Origin: Blepharisma stoltei ATCC 30299
Taxonomy: Eukaryota > Protista > Ciliophora
NCBI GenBank assembly: GCA_965603825.1
Contig: CBFDEM010000037.1
Location: 186,001 to 250,000, forward strand
Length of the DNA stretch: 64,000 bases
Direction: 5' to 3'
How positions within the stretch are numbered: position 1 is the first letter of the stretch; each line of letters starts with the position of its first letter. A model generated the notes under the pieces. It ran no database searches and was not told the origin of the DNA. It was given only the letters and a program-made list of their open reading frames with translations. This document shows positions 35,158 to 46,473 of this stretch, piece after piece. The position numbers were made by a program, and so were the translations under genes.

Positions 35158-38100
35158 ATGTCTCGAGAGCCAATTGCCGTCTATTTGCTCAGCATTCCAT
35201 TTAACTGCGCAGTTTTTCTCACCAAATCTTCTGTGAAGATCCTATCTGTTCTGCTGACAAATTTTATAGAAGTATACATAGTTCTTCTTCAAGCAATAAA
35301 CTTCAGACGAAGCTTTATCGAATGGAGCATTAGTGGAATTCTCAAAACTGGACTCATTTTTGTGACAGTTTTTGCGTATTTATGACTGTGAATTCTAGCA
35401 ATTTATCTATTATGACACCAAGAACTGGCTGCTTTATCCTTGGCCTTCACAGTTTTAGAAATTATAGTTACCATCTACTTAATACAAAAGAGCTTATCTC
35501 TAATCCCATCGCGCAGAAAAACAGAACTCAAGAATTTAATTGTTTCAGGCTTAAAAGACTTCACTTCATTTATCCTGACAATAGTGGCTGTTTTTTCAGT
35601 GCTTGGGATTTTCCATATGAATGGAGTGCCGAAGACTGCTGATGCATATTTTCAGTTCATCTTGAAGGTAATCAAAGAAGAAGTAATTGATCTTGCGAAA
35701 TCTCCATTCCACATCATTCTATTAATCTTCCCTTGGAGATATTATTTATACATTAATGACAAGAGGACTTTGTCTTTTTTTGAGACAATCAGATTAGCTG
35801 TTTATCATTTTTTCCAAGGAGCCATTGATTTGCCTTTTATTGTTATGCTTGCAATTGAGCTTTGCTCAGTGATTCAATCAGGAAGAGCATATAAGCTCAT
35901 TAGTCAGCAAAAGTTAAGTAGAGAAGCAATTTTCAAAGGAATGGTGAGGCTAGTTTTATTGATCGTTGCATTTTTGCTATCTATTGTGATTATCTGCACT
36001 ATTGTCAGATCTATTGCATTTTTTGCCACTTTTGGCATAGATAAAAGAAAGCAGAAAAAGAAAGAAATTGATTACTTCTTTGAAATCTGCAGCCACGCAT
36101 TTGACATTTTGCTTTTCCCACTTATTCTATTTGAGGCCCTGATTGTTATAATTCCTTTTTATAGACTAAGCCAGCTGGAATTCAATTTAAGTAGCTTCCT
36201 CAGCAAGAGCGAGAGCTACCGAAAGACTGCAGGAGACCTTTTTAAAGAAGTAAAAAATGAGCTAAAAGACCTTTTTTGTCTTTTCTTATTTATGCTAACT
36301 TTGCCTCTTTTATGAAGGTCATTGCCATTTATTTTCAAGAAAAAGCAGGAAAGCTGAAGAAAGGAGGTGCTAAGCTTAGCTAGAATCTGTTTTTTTGATT
36401 TATTTGGCTTTTTTCTATTCCTTATTATACTTGGAACGCTATACAGGATCAGATTGATATCTAAGAGGCGAAAATCTTATAAAGAAAAACACTTTTTATT
36501 TTTAATGAAGGCAGTATGTTGGGAAATTTACCAAGACATTCTTATTTCTCCATATATCCTTATTATGATTCTGACTCCTTGGAGACTTTTTTACACTTTT
36601 TCATTTATTTTTGGCATCAGTAACCTCAAGAAGCAAAGACAACATATAAAGGAGAACGGATTTCGGCCTATTGAAGACTATTTGACCTTGATATTTAGTA
36701 TAATCCTCTTTCTCTCCGTTTGGCGAACAGCAGAAATTGCATCAATCATAATAACTCACATCAGACAAATTTGGCACGAAGAGCAAGTTACTTCTTCCCT
36801 ATTCCGAAAAGTCTTCAGGAAGTTTGTGCAGCTATTAATTGACGTGATGATGTTTTTTATCATATGCCTTATCTTTCTGATGCTGATTGAAATCCCAAAC
36901 CTTTTTAGGCGAATTAAGATGTTCTGCTTACTATACAAAGACAGAAGAGGAATCATCCTATTCAGCTACGTCAAGTCACTGCTACCTAAACCAAAAAATC
37001 AAGTCGCCAAGAAAAGTGTGGTCGATAAATTGAACAAAAACGTATTTTTCAATGTCTCATCATTTTTAGACATAGAAAGCTTGGGCAATGTTGCTCAGGC
37101 CAATAAGAAGTTCCATGATTTAACAAGCTTTGCACCAGTTTGGAAAAATCAATATGAAGCATACTGGAAGCCACACTTGCCAGAAAGCTCGGTTAAAGAG
37201 ATTGAGTGGGAAGATAACTATAAGAGGCTTGCAGTGGAAGGATTTTTGAATTATAAAGAGCAGAATAGGATGGTGAACTTGTCTGAGCAAGAAAGAGATT
37301 ACAGGATGGGAGCGAGGGCGATTATTTTAGAAGAATTCGTTATGAGTCTATTCAGATTCCCTCACTTATTGGTGCTACCACTAAAGCTAACTACCTATCT
37401 TCTTTTGAAGAAAGACTACAAAGCTTATTTTGCTAATCCAAGATACCCATTTCTCCAGTACAAGCTTTATATGGGCTATAACTCTTCCGCTGATTATGTC
37501 TCATCAAGGATCATCGCAAATTTCGAACCAAATGTGCAGAATTCAACGAGTTTCCACAAGATTCAGTTGAATTTTCCATATGGAGCTTCCATGCTACTGC
37601 TAATTATTGTAGAGCATTTTGCATTTATAGTGTGCACTATTGATTTTTGGATCTTAAAAGCTTTATCATTTGGGTCAGCAATTCCTCTGCAAGGCTTAGT
37701 GATGGCAACAAATCCTCCAAAATACAAGTTCATAGCCTTTTTCTTGCAGTTGATCATGACTATTATTATTGTTCCTACAAAGATATTCATAGTCTTTTCC
37801 CCCTATTTGCTTGCCTGGCATTTCAGGCCTGATTTTTACGAGCTATGGTATCCTTGTTATAATCTATCTTTTGCTTTTATTGTTGCAGTAATGTGAACCA
37901 ATATCGCTACAGTGGCTGTCTACATGCCTCATTTCCCTTATTTCAGGCCTCATCTGACCTTCAAATATCTCTTCTATTTTTTCATCAAGATCACATCAAA
38001 AATCTGCAAAGTGCTAGAAATTTTTTATCGTATAATCAAACCAAGTGGGAAAATCTTCGGAGCTTATAAGAAAATTCTAATAATCAGTGGTAGCTTTTTA

Positions 38101-38298
38101 AAGAACTGGGGACTTCTCGGAGATTTGATTTATTCTCCACTTGTGTTCATATGAATTTTTTGGCCTCTCACAATTCCCTACTTTTTCAATAACTGGAACT
38201 ATTTAATCCCAGCTATGCCAGCAACAGTTTTTCTGCTCATAAAGGGATACTCCACTGCTAAGAATACCTGGACTGGCAGTGACAAAAAGAATAATTAG
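35158..38298 (+). CDS. Polytopic membrane repeat protein with internal F-box-like motif, 1046 aa
   Basis: Single frame with TGA=W joining four ORFs; about 10 D-(hydrophobic)-[WY]R repeats; LNKNVFFNVSSFLDIESLGNVAQANKKFHDLTSFAPVW. Confidence 0.75.
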
Positions 38299-38319
38299 AT
38301 TTAAATTAATTACTTAAAT

Positions 38320-39331
38320 ATGTTCTGGCTTTTCATTACTGGAGCACTTGGAGCTTCAATTCTAGGAGTCTCTCCAAAAAGTAATTGCGATTTAGTGCAA
38401 TCTTTATATCAAGCAGAAGTCTTTAGCTGCCTGGATGGCTCTTTAGACGTCCCAGCAACCTTTATTAATGACAATTTCTGCGACTGCACTGATGGATCTG
38501 ATGAGCCTGGCACCTCTGCTTGCAAGAATGGGCAGTTCTACTGTGCTGAGGACGGATACAGCCCTTTTACAATCCCTTCTTCAATGGTCGGCGACTCAAT
38601 TTGTGGTATGACTTATCTAGGATTGCTGTGATGGATCTGACGAAGAACCAGGAAAATGCCCTCACAACTGCAAGGATAAAAAGATGAAGTCTCAGGAAAA
38701 TTTAAGGCAAAAATATACAGAGTGGCAACAAGGACTTGTAGCAAAATTAGCTGTAATTGCTCAGGCATCAGTAAATTTGCAGACAAAGGAGTATGAAATT
38801 AAGAAACATAAAGAGCTGAGAGAAGCTGGAGAAAAACAGAAAAAGGCTGCGTGGACTGTCGTTAAGTACTTGAATGAGCACCAAGGATGCAGTGAAGGGT
38901 CAGAAGAAAAATTTGAGTCAATCGGAAACACAATGGATGAGATGGTTGTGTCAGCTACTAACAAAATCAAAGATCTGGAGGACGAGCTGACTTATGATGT
39001 TGGAAAAGAAAAAGAGTTCTGGAACTTAATTGGGCTTTGCACTGATTATAAGGAAGCTAAATACACGTATACAGTCTGCTTTTATAAGGATGCTGTGCAA
39101 AAAGAAGGCTCAAGCCAGTTTCTCATTGGCAGGTGGAATGGGTTTGCTGAGGATTATCAGAAGATTTCGTTCACTGGAGGAGACAGATGTTACTCTGGGC
39201 CAGAGAGATCGCTGACGTTAACATTGGAGTGTGGTCCTACAGTCAGACTTTATGGGCTTGAGGAGCCTGAAAGGTGCGTTTACACAGCGAAGTTGGTTGT
39301 GCCTGGAGCTTGCAAGCTGGACCAATATTAA
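38320..39331 (+). CDS. PRKCSH: Glucosidase II beta subunit-like (LDLa-like Cys domain plus MRH domain)
   Basis: Signal peptide, INDNFCDCTDGSDEPGTSAC, ICDCCDGSDE, YTYTVCFY, GDRCYSGPERS, EPERCVY; frame requires a 16-nt excision at 38606-38621. Confidence 0.85.
38606..38621 (+). other. Intron that must be spliced as 16-nt GT...GG (GTATGACTTATCTAGG) to keep the frame
   Basis: The canonical 15-nt GT-AG version (38606-38620) gives a frameshift. Confidence 0.6.
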
Positions 39332-39917
39332 ACTAAACTCTTCAGTCAATAAAATAGAGGCTGAGTAGATATAATTTATGATGCAGCCTAGGTGATTGCT
39401 GCTTAAAACTAAGCCTAATGCTTGAATCTAAATCGCAGATCTATTTGTGTCCTCAAGCCTTCAATAATTTTTGGTGCTAAGACAGTAAATTTTAATACTA
39501 ACTTTAAGGCAGCAAAGGAATCTTAAAAGTTATATAGAGAATGCCAAATTGATTAGGCTTTAACATGAATGCATAAAGTATCAGAAGGACCCACTTGTCT
39601 CAGCATGATATAAGATAAGTGATTCATCATATAAAAGCCATAAATATATTTATTATAATGGCCATCTGAAAATATCGAAAGCAAAAGGAAATGCATATTG
39701 ATAATTATTTTATTATTCTATCGGACAAACTTTGCTTGTATTGATTAATGATGAGGTCCTGACTAAATGATCATCGCTTCTTTTAGAAAGCAAATCTCTC
39801 TCTGATAGCTCATGACTATTCTCCAGGCTTTTTTCTAAAAAAATGGCTAAAGTGAAGAATCGGCTTGGAAATTCAGGGTCAAAGATATATAAAAGGACCA
39901 ACTACTAACTAATAAAT

Positions 39918-40075
39918 TCAGCTTCAGCATCAACTACAGCAAAAACTGCAGCATCAGCTTCAGCTTCAGCTTCGACTTCTTCATCAACTTCCACATCAAC
40001 TTCAGCATCAACTTCCGCATCAACTTCAGCATCAACTTCAGCATCAATTTCAGAATCAACTACATCAACTACTAC
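39918..40075. repeat. Imperfect 6/12-bp tandem repeat (CATCAACTTCAG)n
   Basis: Directly visible; reads SAST or QLQH on the + strand and DAEV on the - strand. Confidence 0.85.
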
Positions 40076-43000
40076 AAATATAATAACATCAACAAAACAA
40101 AAACACAACACAGAGCTCTTCAATGTTGCAAAAGCTGAGTTTGTTTTTCCCAGTGAATCACCAATTTGCATTCCTCCAAGATTGGCCATCAGGAAATCAC
40201 CCATCTTCAACTCTCCAAGCTCCACAAATAAAAAATACTTTCTTTTGATATTTGAGGCATCTTCATGTGGAGATCTTCTCTGTTGTTTTTAATATTTTCC
40301 AATTCCTGCATCCTTTGCCTTTTGTGTGCTATTTTATTGCACACTCCTTCATAAAATCCCATTAAAAACCCTCCAGCTTGAATAAGCCCAGAGATTGCTC
40401 CTAAAAGACTGCTAATCAAAGCAAAAAAGCTTTGCTTATAATTTCTTGACGTCACTAACCCTGAGTCACTCAAATTCAAAAGAATTTTTGCTCTCAGCGA
40501 GGTTTCAACGTGAATCCTGAATATGACTTACTCTGCCACCTTATGTGTAACTCCTTCTACAGGGCTAACTGGCATTGAGACATGATATCCTGTTTCTCCA
40601 TCTTTTCAGTTAGAAGAATCTGTAAGAAAAACAGAAGGGATCATTTGGAAAGTAAATTGAGATGGAGTATGGCTTCTAAAGACCTGAGAAATATCTGACG
40701 GGTATAATAGCTTATAGACTTCACTTGATTCATTAGGAATTGAAGAAGTAGAGGAAACACTTACAGAAATAGCACTTGAATAACTGTTTAATTCTTCTAG
40801 AATTATATAAGCTGAGGCACCAGTGTCTAAAATACAATCATTACAAGTGAATGATATTTTGCAATCTGCACCTTGTGTCTCACAGACAGGGCCATGAAAT
40901 TTTCCTTTCATGTTTTCTATTTGATAGGAAAGCTCGTTTACACAAGAATTATTACTTGTGCAAAAACCTCCATAATATAAAAATGTAGTTACTATTTTAA
41001 TGTCTCCAGAAAAAGTGCTATATGTATTTACAAGGGACACAAGTGGAGCGAGTGCTTTGGATTCAGTCATGTTATCATAAGAGTAGCTTAAGATACTTAT
41101 AATTGCAAATAAGATTGATAGCAGAATGAAAGCAACACTGAAGAAGCCACCAGTCGAAGTTTGTTTCTTATAGATTGGCTGATAAAGCTCAACATCATGC
41201 TTGTCATCATAAAGATCAAGTTTATGAAGATGCTTTCTGACTGATCTAAAAGAGACTGCCACAATGCAAATAATTCCTATAAAAACTCCAAATGCAATTT
41301 CAAGCTCAAGAGTTATTTTGTCTGAAAATTCATATTTGGGCTTATAAAGACTAGGCTGTGAGCTACTATAAGATTCTGAATGAGCTCTTATTCGAGGTTC
41401 AACCGTTCCTACAGGGCAAAACATCCCAGCTGGACATACCTTGCAGATGCTTGATCCTTGTTCTGAAGAAAAAGTCCCAAATAAGCAGGGATAACACTCT
41501 TCAGTTGCAGAGCAGCCTTTAGAGACACCGAAAGTCCCAACTGGGCATGGAACACAAGCTGCAGAGTTGAGAAGAGAAGAATAAGTTCCTTCAGGACAAG
41601 GTATACAATCATTTAAATATGTGCCCGTGCTACATGGTATAGTAAAGGGATCTGATGCATTGAATATAATTTCATAAAAAGAATTTCGTGCTTTATAAGA
41701 TTGGACTTCTCCAAATATGGAGTCTCCTCCCCCATATAAAAAAAGCCGATCTCTAAAATGAGCAATTTCAGCTGAAAAAATCGGGGAAGGCAGGTGTCCA
41801 AGCTCAGTCGGACTTTGACTATTATCTAAATCTACAAGATAAATAGCATCATAAGCCCCTTCCATTCACTGTTCTCCTCCTACAAGGATCATATAGTTTT
41901 CTACATTTATAACTGCTGCCCTTGATAACGAAAAATTCCCAAACCCTTCATCTAGAACCACTTCTCAGGCACTTGACTGACAATTGAATCTCTGGATAGC
42001 TCCTATTGGATATGATGCCTCCCCTTCTCCTGAGGCAATATAAAAATACACAACATTATCTATTTTCCTAATAAAGCATTTATTGTACATCTGAGGCTGC
42101 AAATTGTCCTTACTCCCATCATCAAGAAGTGTAAATTGATATGTGTTGATATCAAATATCCATAACTCACTCGTCAGTCCAGATATTGTTAGGCCTCCAA
42201 ATATGAAAAACTGTACCTCTGAAGCAGCGCCACAAGCTCCAGCTCTAGGACTTGGATAGTAGTTATCAATCGGCACAACCTGCTTTCATACATTTGCATA
42301 GATTAAATACTCATAAAAATCATTTAAATATCCAGTGCTGTCTATGCCTCCGAATACCAAGATTGTATCCAACATTAAGCTTGAAGCGTGACTGTGTCTT
42401 GGAGATGGAATTGATCCTGAAGGATTGATTTGGGTTCACTTATAGCTTGATAAATCGAATTTTCAAAAATCGTTCAAGCTAATTAAAAGTTACTAAGTTT
42501 GGTCTGAGTTTATACCACCAAATAGTCATAGATGATCTTGCTCTACACAAAATGTGTGCATCATTCTGGCACCTGGGCCAATTGTGTTTGGAGATTCAGT
42601 TACCCACGCAACTGGTTCGATAGAAATATCAAATGAAATCATCATATTAACTGACTTTGTCAGCTGGGTTCCAGAGAATTCGTAGACTGTGGAGTTTATT
42701 AGTACATAGCCGCCTCCACAAGGGACTTTTTGTGAGTTCTCAAATGGAACTTTTATTCATTTCTCTGGCAGGTTGAGATTTACCTTTCAAATATCATTAT
42801 AATACTCTCCTTTGCTCCAGTCATAGCCAAGTATAACGTATAAGAAATTGTTGAGTATATAGATTGTGTGAACAGCTCTTCCTTCAGGCTTTTCTCCTTT
42901 AATAGAAATCTCGAACCAATAAAAAGAGCTTAAATCATACCTAAACAGCCTTGTGTCATGGAATGGCTTACCATCACGATTTAAACCTCCTCACATATAA

Positions 43001-43632
43001 ATCGAGTTATTATAATAAGTAATACTTGACCATTCTTGCGCTAAAGGAGGGTTTCCATTGTTGGCCAGCTTCGTCCAAATCATAGAAGTTCCATTTAAGC
43101 TGAATGCTAATTACATGTATAATGTATTATCTATACCTGATATATCTAGTCCTCCAAATATAGCATAATAAGAAATTCCATCTATGATAAAGGTGGTATA
43201 TGCAGAATTTGCCCTGACGCCTGGAGTTTCTCCTTGAGGTTCAAGCTCTTTTCAAGCCATTAACCTCAAATTGAAGCATCAAAAATCTCCAGCTATGCCA
43301 GCAGCTGTTTTTCCTCCATATAATAGTATTCGCTGATTTTTAGAGTCAAAAAATAATGCAGTTGACTGCCGAGGATCTGGGACAGTAGATGTATATGGAA
43401 CTATTGATTTTCAAGTTTTTTGGGTCAAATCAAATGATGCGAGGTCATTTGTGTAAGGTTTAATTATAGAATTTCCGCCAAATGTAAAGAGTTGATTGTG
43501 GTCTGGGTCATAAACTAGACTGCTTGAGAATTTTGTATCAGGCGGGAAACCGGTAGGAGGAATCAAGTTAATTTTCAGCGAGACTGCTTCTAGTATTATC
43601 AAAATTAAGACATTCTTTTTAATTGTGTTCAT
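40072..43632 (-). CDS. Large cell-surface protein: signal peptide, many Kelch repeats, Cys-rich (GCC2/ephrin-receptor-like) repeats, three TM segments; about 1170 aa
   Basis: Continuous frame with many TGA=W at Kelch Trp positions and three 15-nt introns; CPEGTYS/CPVGTF repeats; 3' end uncertain. Confidence 0.8.
40517..40531 (-). other. 15-nt intron GTAAGTCATATTCAG
   Basis: Removes an in-frame TAA. Confidence 0.85.
42479..42493 (-). other. 15-nt intron GTAACTTTTAATTAG
   Basis: Removes stops and restores the Kelch motif YLNDFW. Confidence 0.9.
43100..43114 (-). other. 15-nt intron GTAATTAGCATTCAG
   Basis: Removes an in-frame TAA and restores NTLYIL. Confidence 0.88.
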
Positions 43633-43939
43633 TTATATAACTCATTGATTTCAATATATATAAATGAGAGATTTTGAAAATTCCCATAATTAATGAAATA
43701 TAATCGAAAAATTTAACGAATAAAATATAGCTCTTTTGGCAAGTTCTATGGGATTTTAAGAAAATTCAAATCTTTAAGGGTTTTTGTTGAAATGGATATA
43801 GCTAATAAATCATCAAAAATGCTAAAATTTTATACTATCAATATAGATTTTAAAATAAGATTTTTAAATAGGCTTTTCTCAAAAATGCTGATTATTTTAT
43901 ACGAAATTAATAGAAAATTTGGTATCAAAGAAAGTTAGC

Positions 43940-44212
43940 TTAAAGGATTCCTTTCTTGCTGCGTTCTAAGAGTTCATCTAGTACAGGCTCATAATTTCTC
44001 CTAGGCAATGCCGCTAGGAAGTCTTTAAATTCTGTAATTGCCTCTAACTAAGTAACAATTACCAATTCTTTAGAAGGCTGAGGTTGGTAATGTTTGCCAT
44101 GCTCAGCATGTGCTTGCGCATCATCTAATTTAAACTTACACAGAACTTCTCCTCCATAAGCTCTTAAAGGCGCTTTGGCTAGTACTCCAATTGCTCTTGG
44201 TATACGCAGCAT
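43940..44212 (-). CDS. 80-aa micro-protein with mitochondrial presequence-like N-terminus (not in the ORF track)
   Basis: MLRIPRAIGVLAKAPLRAYGGEVLYDAQAHAEHGKHYQPQPSKELLEAITEFKDFLAALPRRNYEPVLDELLERSKKGIL after removing two 15-nt introns; GC-rich relative to the flanks. Confidence 0.75.
44048..44062 (-). other. 15-nt intron GTAATTGTTACTTAG
   Basis: Consensus match; removes an in-frame TAG. Confidence 0.8.
44125..44139 (-). other. Probable 15-nt intron GTAAGTTTAAATTAG
   Basis: Consensus match only; contains no in-frame stop. Confidence 0.65.
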
Positions 44213-44248
44213 AATTTATTATGATAATAATGGCAAATATTAAATCAT

Positions 44249-45130
44249 TTAGCTTTTAAAGATACCACTTAGAAAACCACTTGAAACATAAATTGTAACA
44301 GGGATCTCTGGCCCAATGTATTCTTCTTCAACAACGGAGAAAAATCTGAAGGCGATTTCATATTTCCCACTTTGTCCCGTAATTTTTCCTTCATAGTCTA
44401 ACTGACGAATATCACAAAGCTCCATATCTACATCAGCTTCTTTTTGGTTGAATTTAAACGGCGGTAACCCTTTGGTGATTATCATCAGCATTTTTTTAAT
44501 TTTTTGCGTGCTAAGGTTCTGTATCACAAAGGTAATTTTAAAATTGTCACCTTGCTTGTATCTTCCTGACGGCTTATTTAAAAATGTTTCTACACGGATA
44601 TCGAATGGAATAATTGGTTCAACATTGGCATGATTGTGCCCTTTTTCTTTGACGCAGCCATGACAATGATTACAATTGCATTCATTACAGTGATACATGA
44701 CTCCTTTGATAGGACTTTGCAAGCACCCTACGCAGTTTTTTCCTTCATGTGACTTGTTGGTGGTAAAAATGAAGAATTCAGAATGACAATGAGGTGTTGA
44801 GTTTCTGCATTTTTGGCATAAATCGTAGTCAGCACATTCCTTGCATTTGTATCTGACACCTATAATAGGAAAAGCGCCGCAGCCATCACAAGCAACGGTT
44901 TCATGGTCGAAGTCTTTGAATAGCAGGAGTTCTGGCTTATCTTCTTGCTTTGCTTGTAAACTTTGAGTGGACTCAAGCAGGAATTGGATTCTTTTGTTTT
45001 GTTGGTAAATCACTTTTTTAAGAGAAATAACAGCAGTTCTTAAAGAGTGGAGACAAGAGTGGCCTTCTTGTGCTGGAAGATTGCACATAGGACAGACGTC
45101 ATCACCTTTTAATGTTTCGGCAGCTTCCAT
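44249..45130 (-). CDS. ZZ-type zinc-finger protein (coiled coil, two ZZ domains, NBR1-FW-like Ig domain), 293 aa
   Basis: CDGCGAFPIIGVRYKCKECADYDLCQKC; CVGCLQSPIKGVMYHCNEC; C-terminal FKITFVIQN...GKYEIAFRF...IGPEIPVTIYV. Confidence 0.75.
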   Translation of the reverse strand: MEAAETLKGDDVCPMCNLPAQEGHSCLHSLRTAVISLKKVIYQQNKRIQFLLESTQSLQAKQEDKPELLLFKDFDHETVACDGCGAFPIIGVRYKCKECADYDLCQKCRNSTPHCHSEFFIFTTNKSHEGKNCVGCLQSPIKGVMYHCNECNCNHCHGCVKEKGHNHANVEPIIPFDIRVETFLNKPSGRYKQGDNFKITFVIQNLSTQKIKKMLMIITKGLPPFKFNQKEADVDMELCDIRQLDYEGKITGQSGKYEIAFRFFSVVEEEYIGPEIPVTIYVSSGFLSGIFKS

Positions 45131-45343
45131 ATCTTTAATTAGATAACTTCAGAAATATTAATTTTATTTTTCTTAAAAATAAGTACTTCTTAATGTGTAA
45201 ATATTCCTAATCCAAATTAAATTAAAGCTTATTTTCAATAGTAAACTTTTTCTTATCAAAATATTTGAGCTAGATCAAAAGAGTTTTGCATTGAAAAAGT
45301 GAAAACATAGATCATTTAAGCAACAGTTTATAAAAATTTATAT

Positions 45344-46462
45344 ATGGAAACAATTTCATTTCTCAAACTTAGCACTGAAAATCCTCCAGAGCCCAGGTTT
45401 TGCTGCGCAGGAGTCTATGTCCGAGAATATAACAGTATTTTCATACATGGAGGGACAGGTATCAACTCTGACTTAAAAGACTTTTACTCTTTCGACCTTG
45501 AAACTTCAAAATGGTATAAGCGAGGAGCCACTCCAGAATGCTTAACAGGGCATGCAGCAGTCGAAATTGACAGCAGGATCCTCATGTTCGGAGGTTGGAA
45601 TGAACAAGAATACACCAATTCCTGCATCCTTTATGACCCTGAAGACTCCTCACTAAGAAAAGGAAATGACCAAAACATGATAGACGAGTGAAACTTGCCA
45701 GCCCAAAGACGAGACCACTCCTTCACCAAAGCCAAAGACTGCATTTATTTACTGGGCGGCTGGGATTCCTTTAAGTGGAATAACACAAATACAAACCCTA
45801 AAAACAATATTAACCAAATCACTTATACACAGCTGTGGAAACTCACTGATCTTTGGAAGTGGCAGGTTTGTGAAGTGTTTGGGGAGCCTCCTATGTCTAG
45901 AAGAGGCCACTCAATGACGTATTTTGAAGAGCAGGACTATTTGGCAGTTTTTGGAGGAATTTATGGGTTTTCTAGGCTTTTGGATGACTTGTATATTTTT
46001 AATATCCCACAAATGATGTGGGTCAAAATCAACGCAAATAATTCGCCGAGTAAAAGAGCATGGCACTCAGCAGCCTGTTTAGACAACAAAATGTATATTT
46101 TTGGAGGAGTCACTGAAAACAATGGAATTTCAAATGAGCTGTTTTCTTATTCGATTCTTGAAAACATGTGGGAAAAATATGAAATCAACAGTCTGCCAAG
46201 TCCTCGATGTGGACATATTTCTTTGGCTATTGATGGGTTCATCATGATTTTCGGAGGAAAAACGACTCATGATGTCCCGCTTAATGAAGTCTATGTTTTG
46301 AATTTCAATAGAAATTATGAAGAATATATCACAAGAGTCTCAAACGCCCAAATCAAGCAGGAGCTCCATGATCTTAAAATAGTGCCCCCACCTATTCCAA
46401 TAGGTCTTACAGTGTCAAGATATTACAAGCCAAAAATAAGCTTTAATCCCAATAACTTTTAA
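45344..46462 (+). CDS. Kelch-repeat protein (Rab9-effector/KLHDC-like), 372 aa
   Basis: Six PxxRxxH..FGG repeats; TGA=W at 45689. Confidence 0.88.
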
Positions 46463-46473
46463 TCTAAGAACCC

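Noticed and set aside
39905-40225. ORF-track DAEV-repeat protein as an independent gene
   Set aside because: Starts at GTG inside another gene's tail and is the antisense mirror of the tandem repeat; kept only as one alternative in the collision-zone finding
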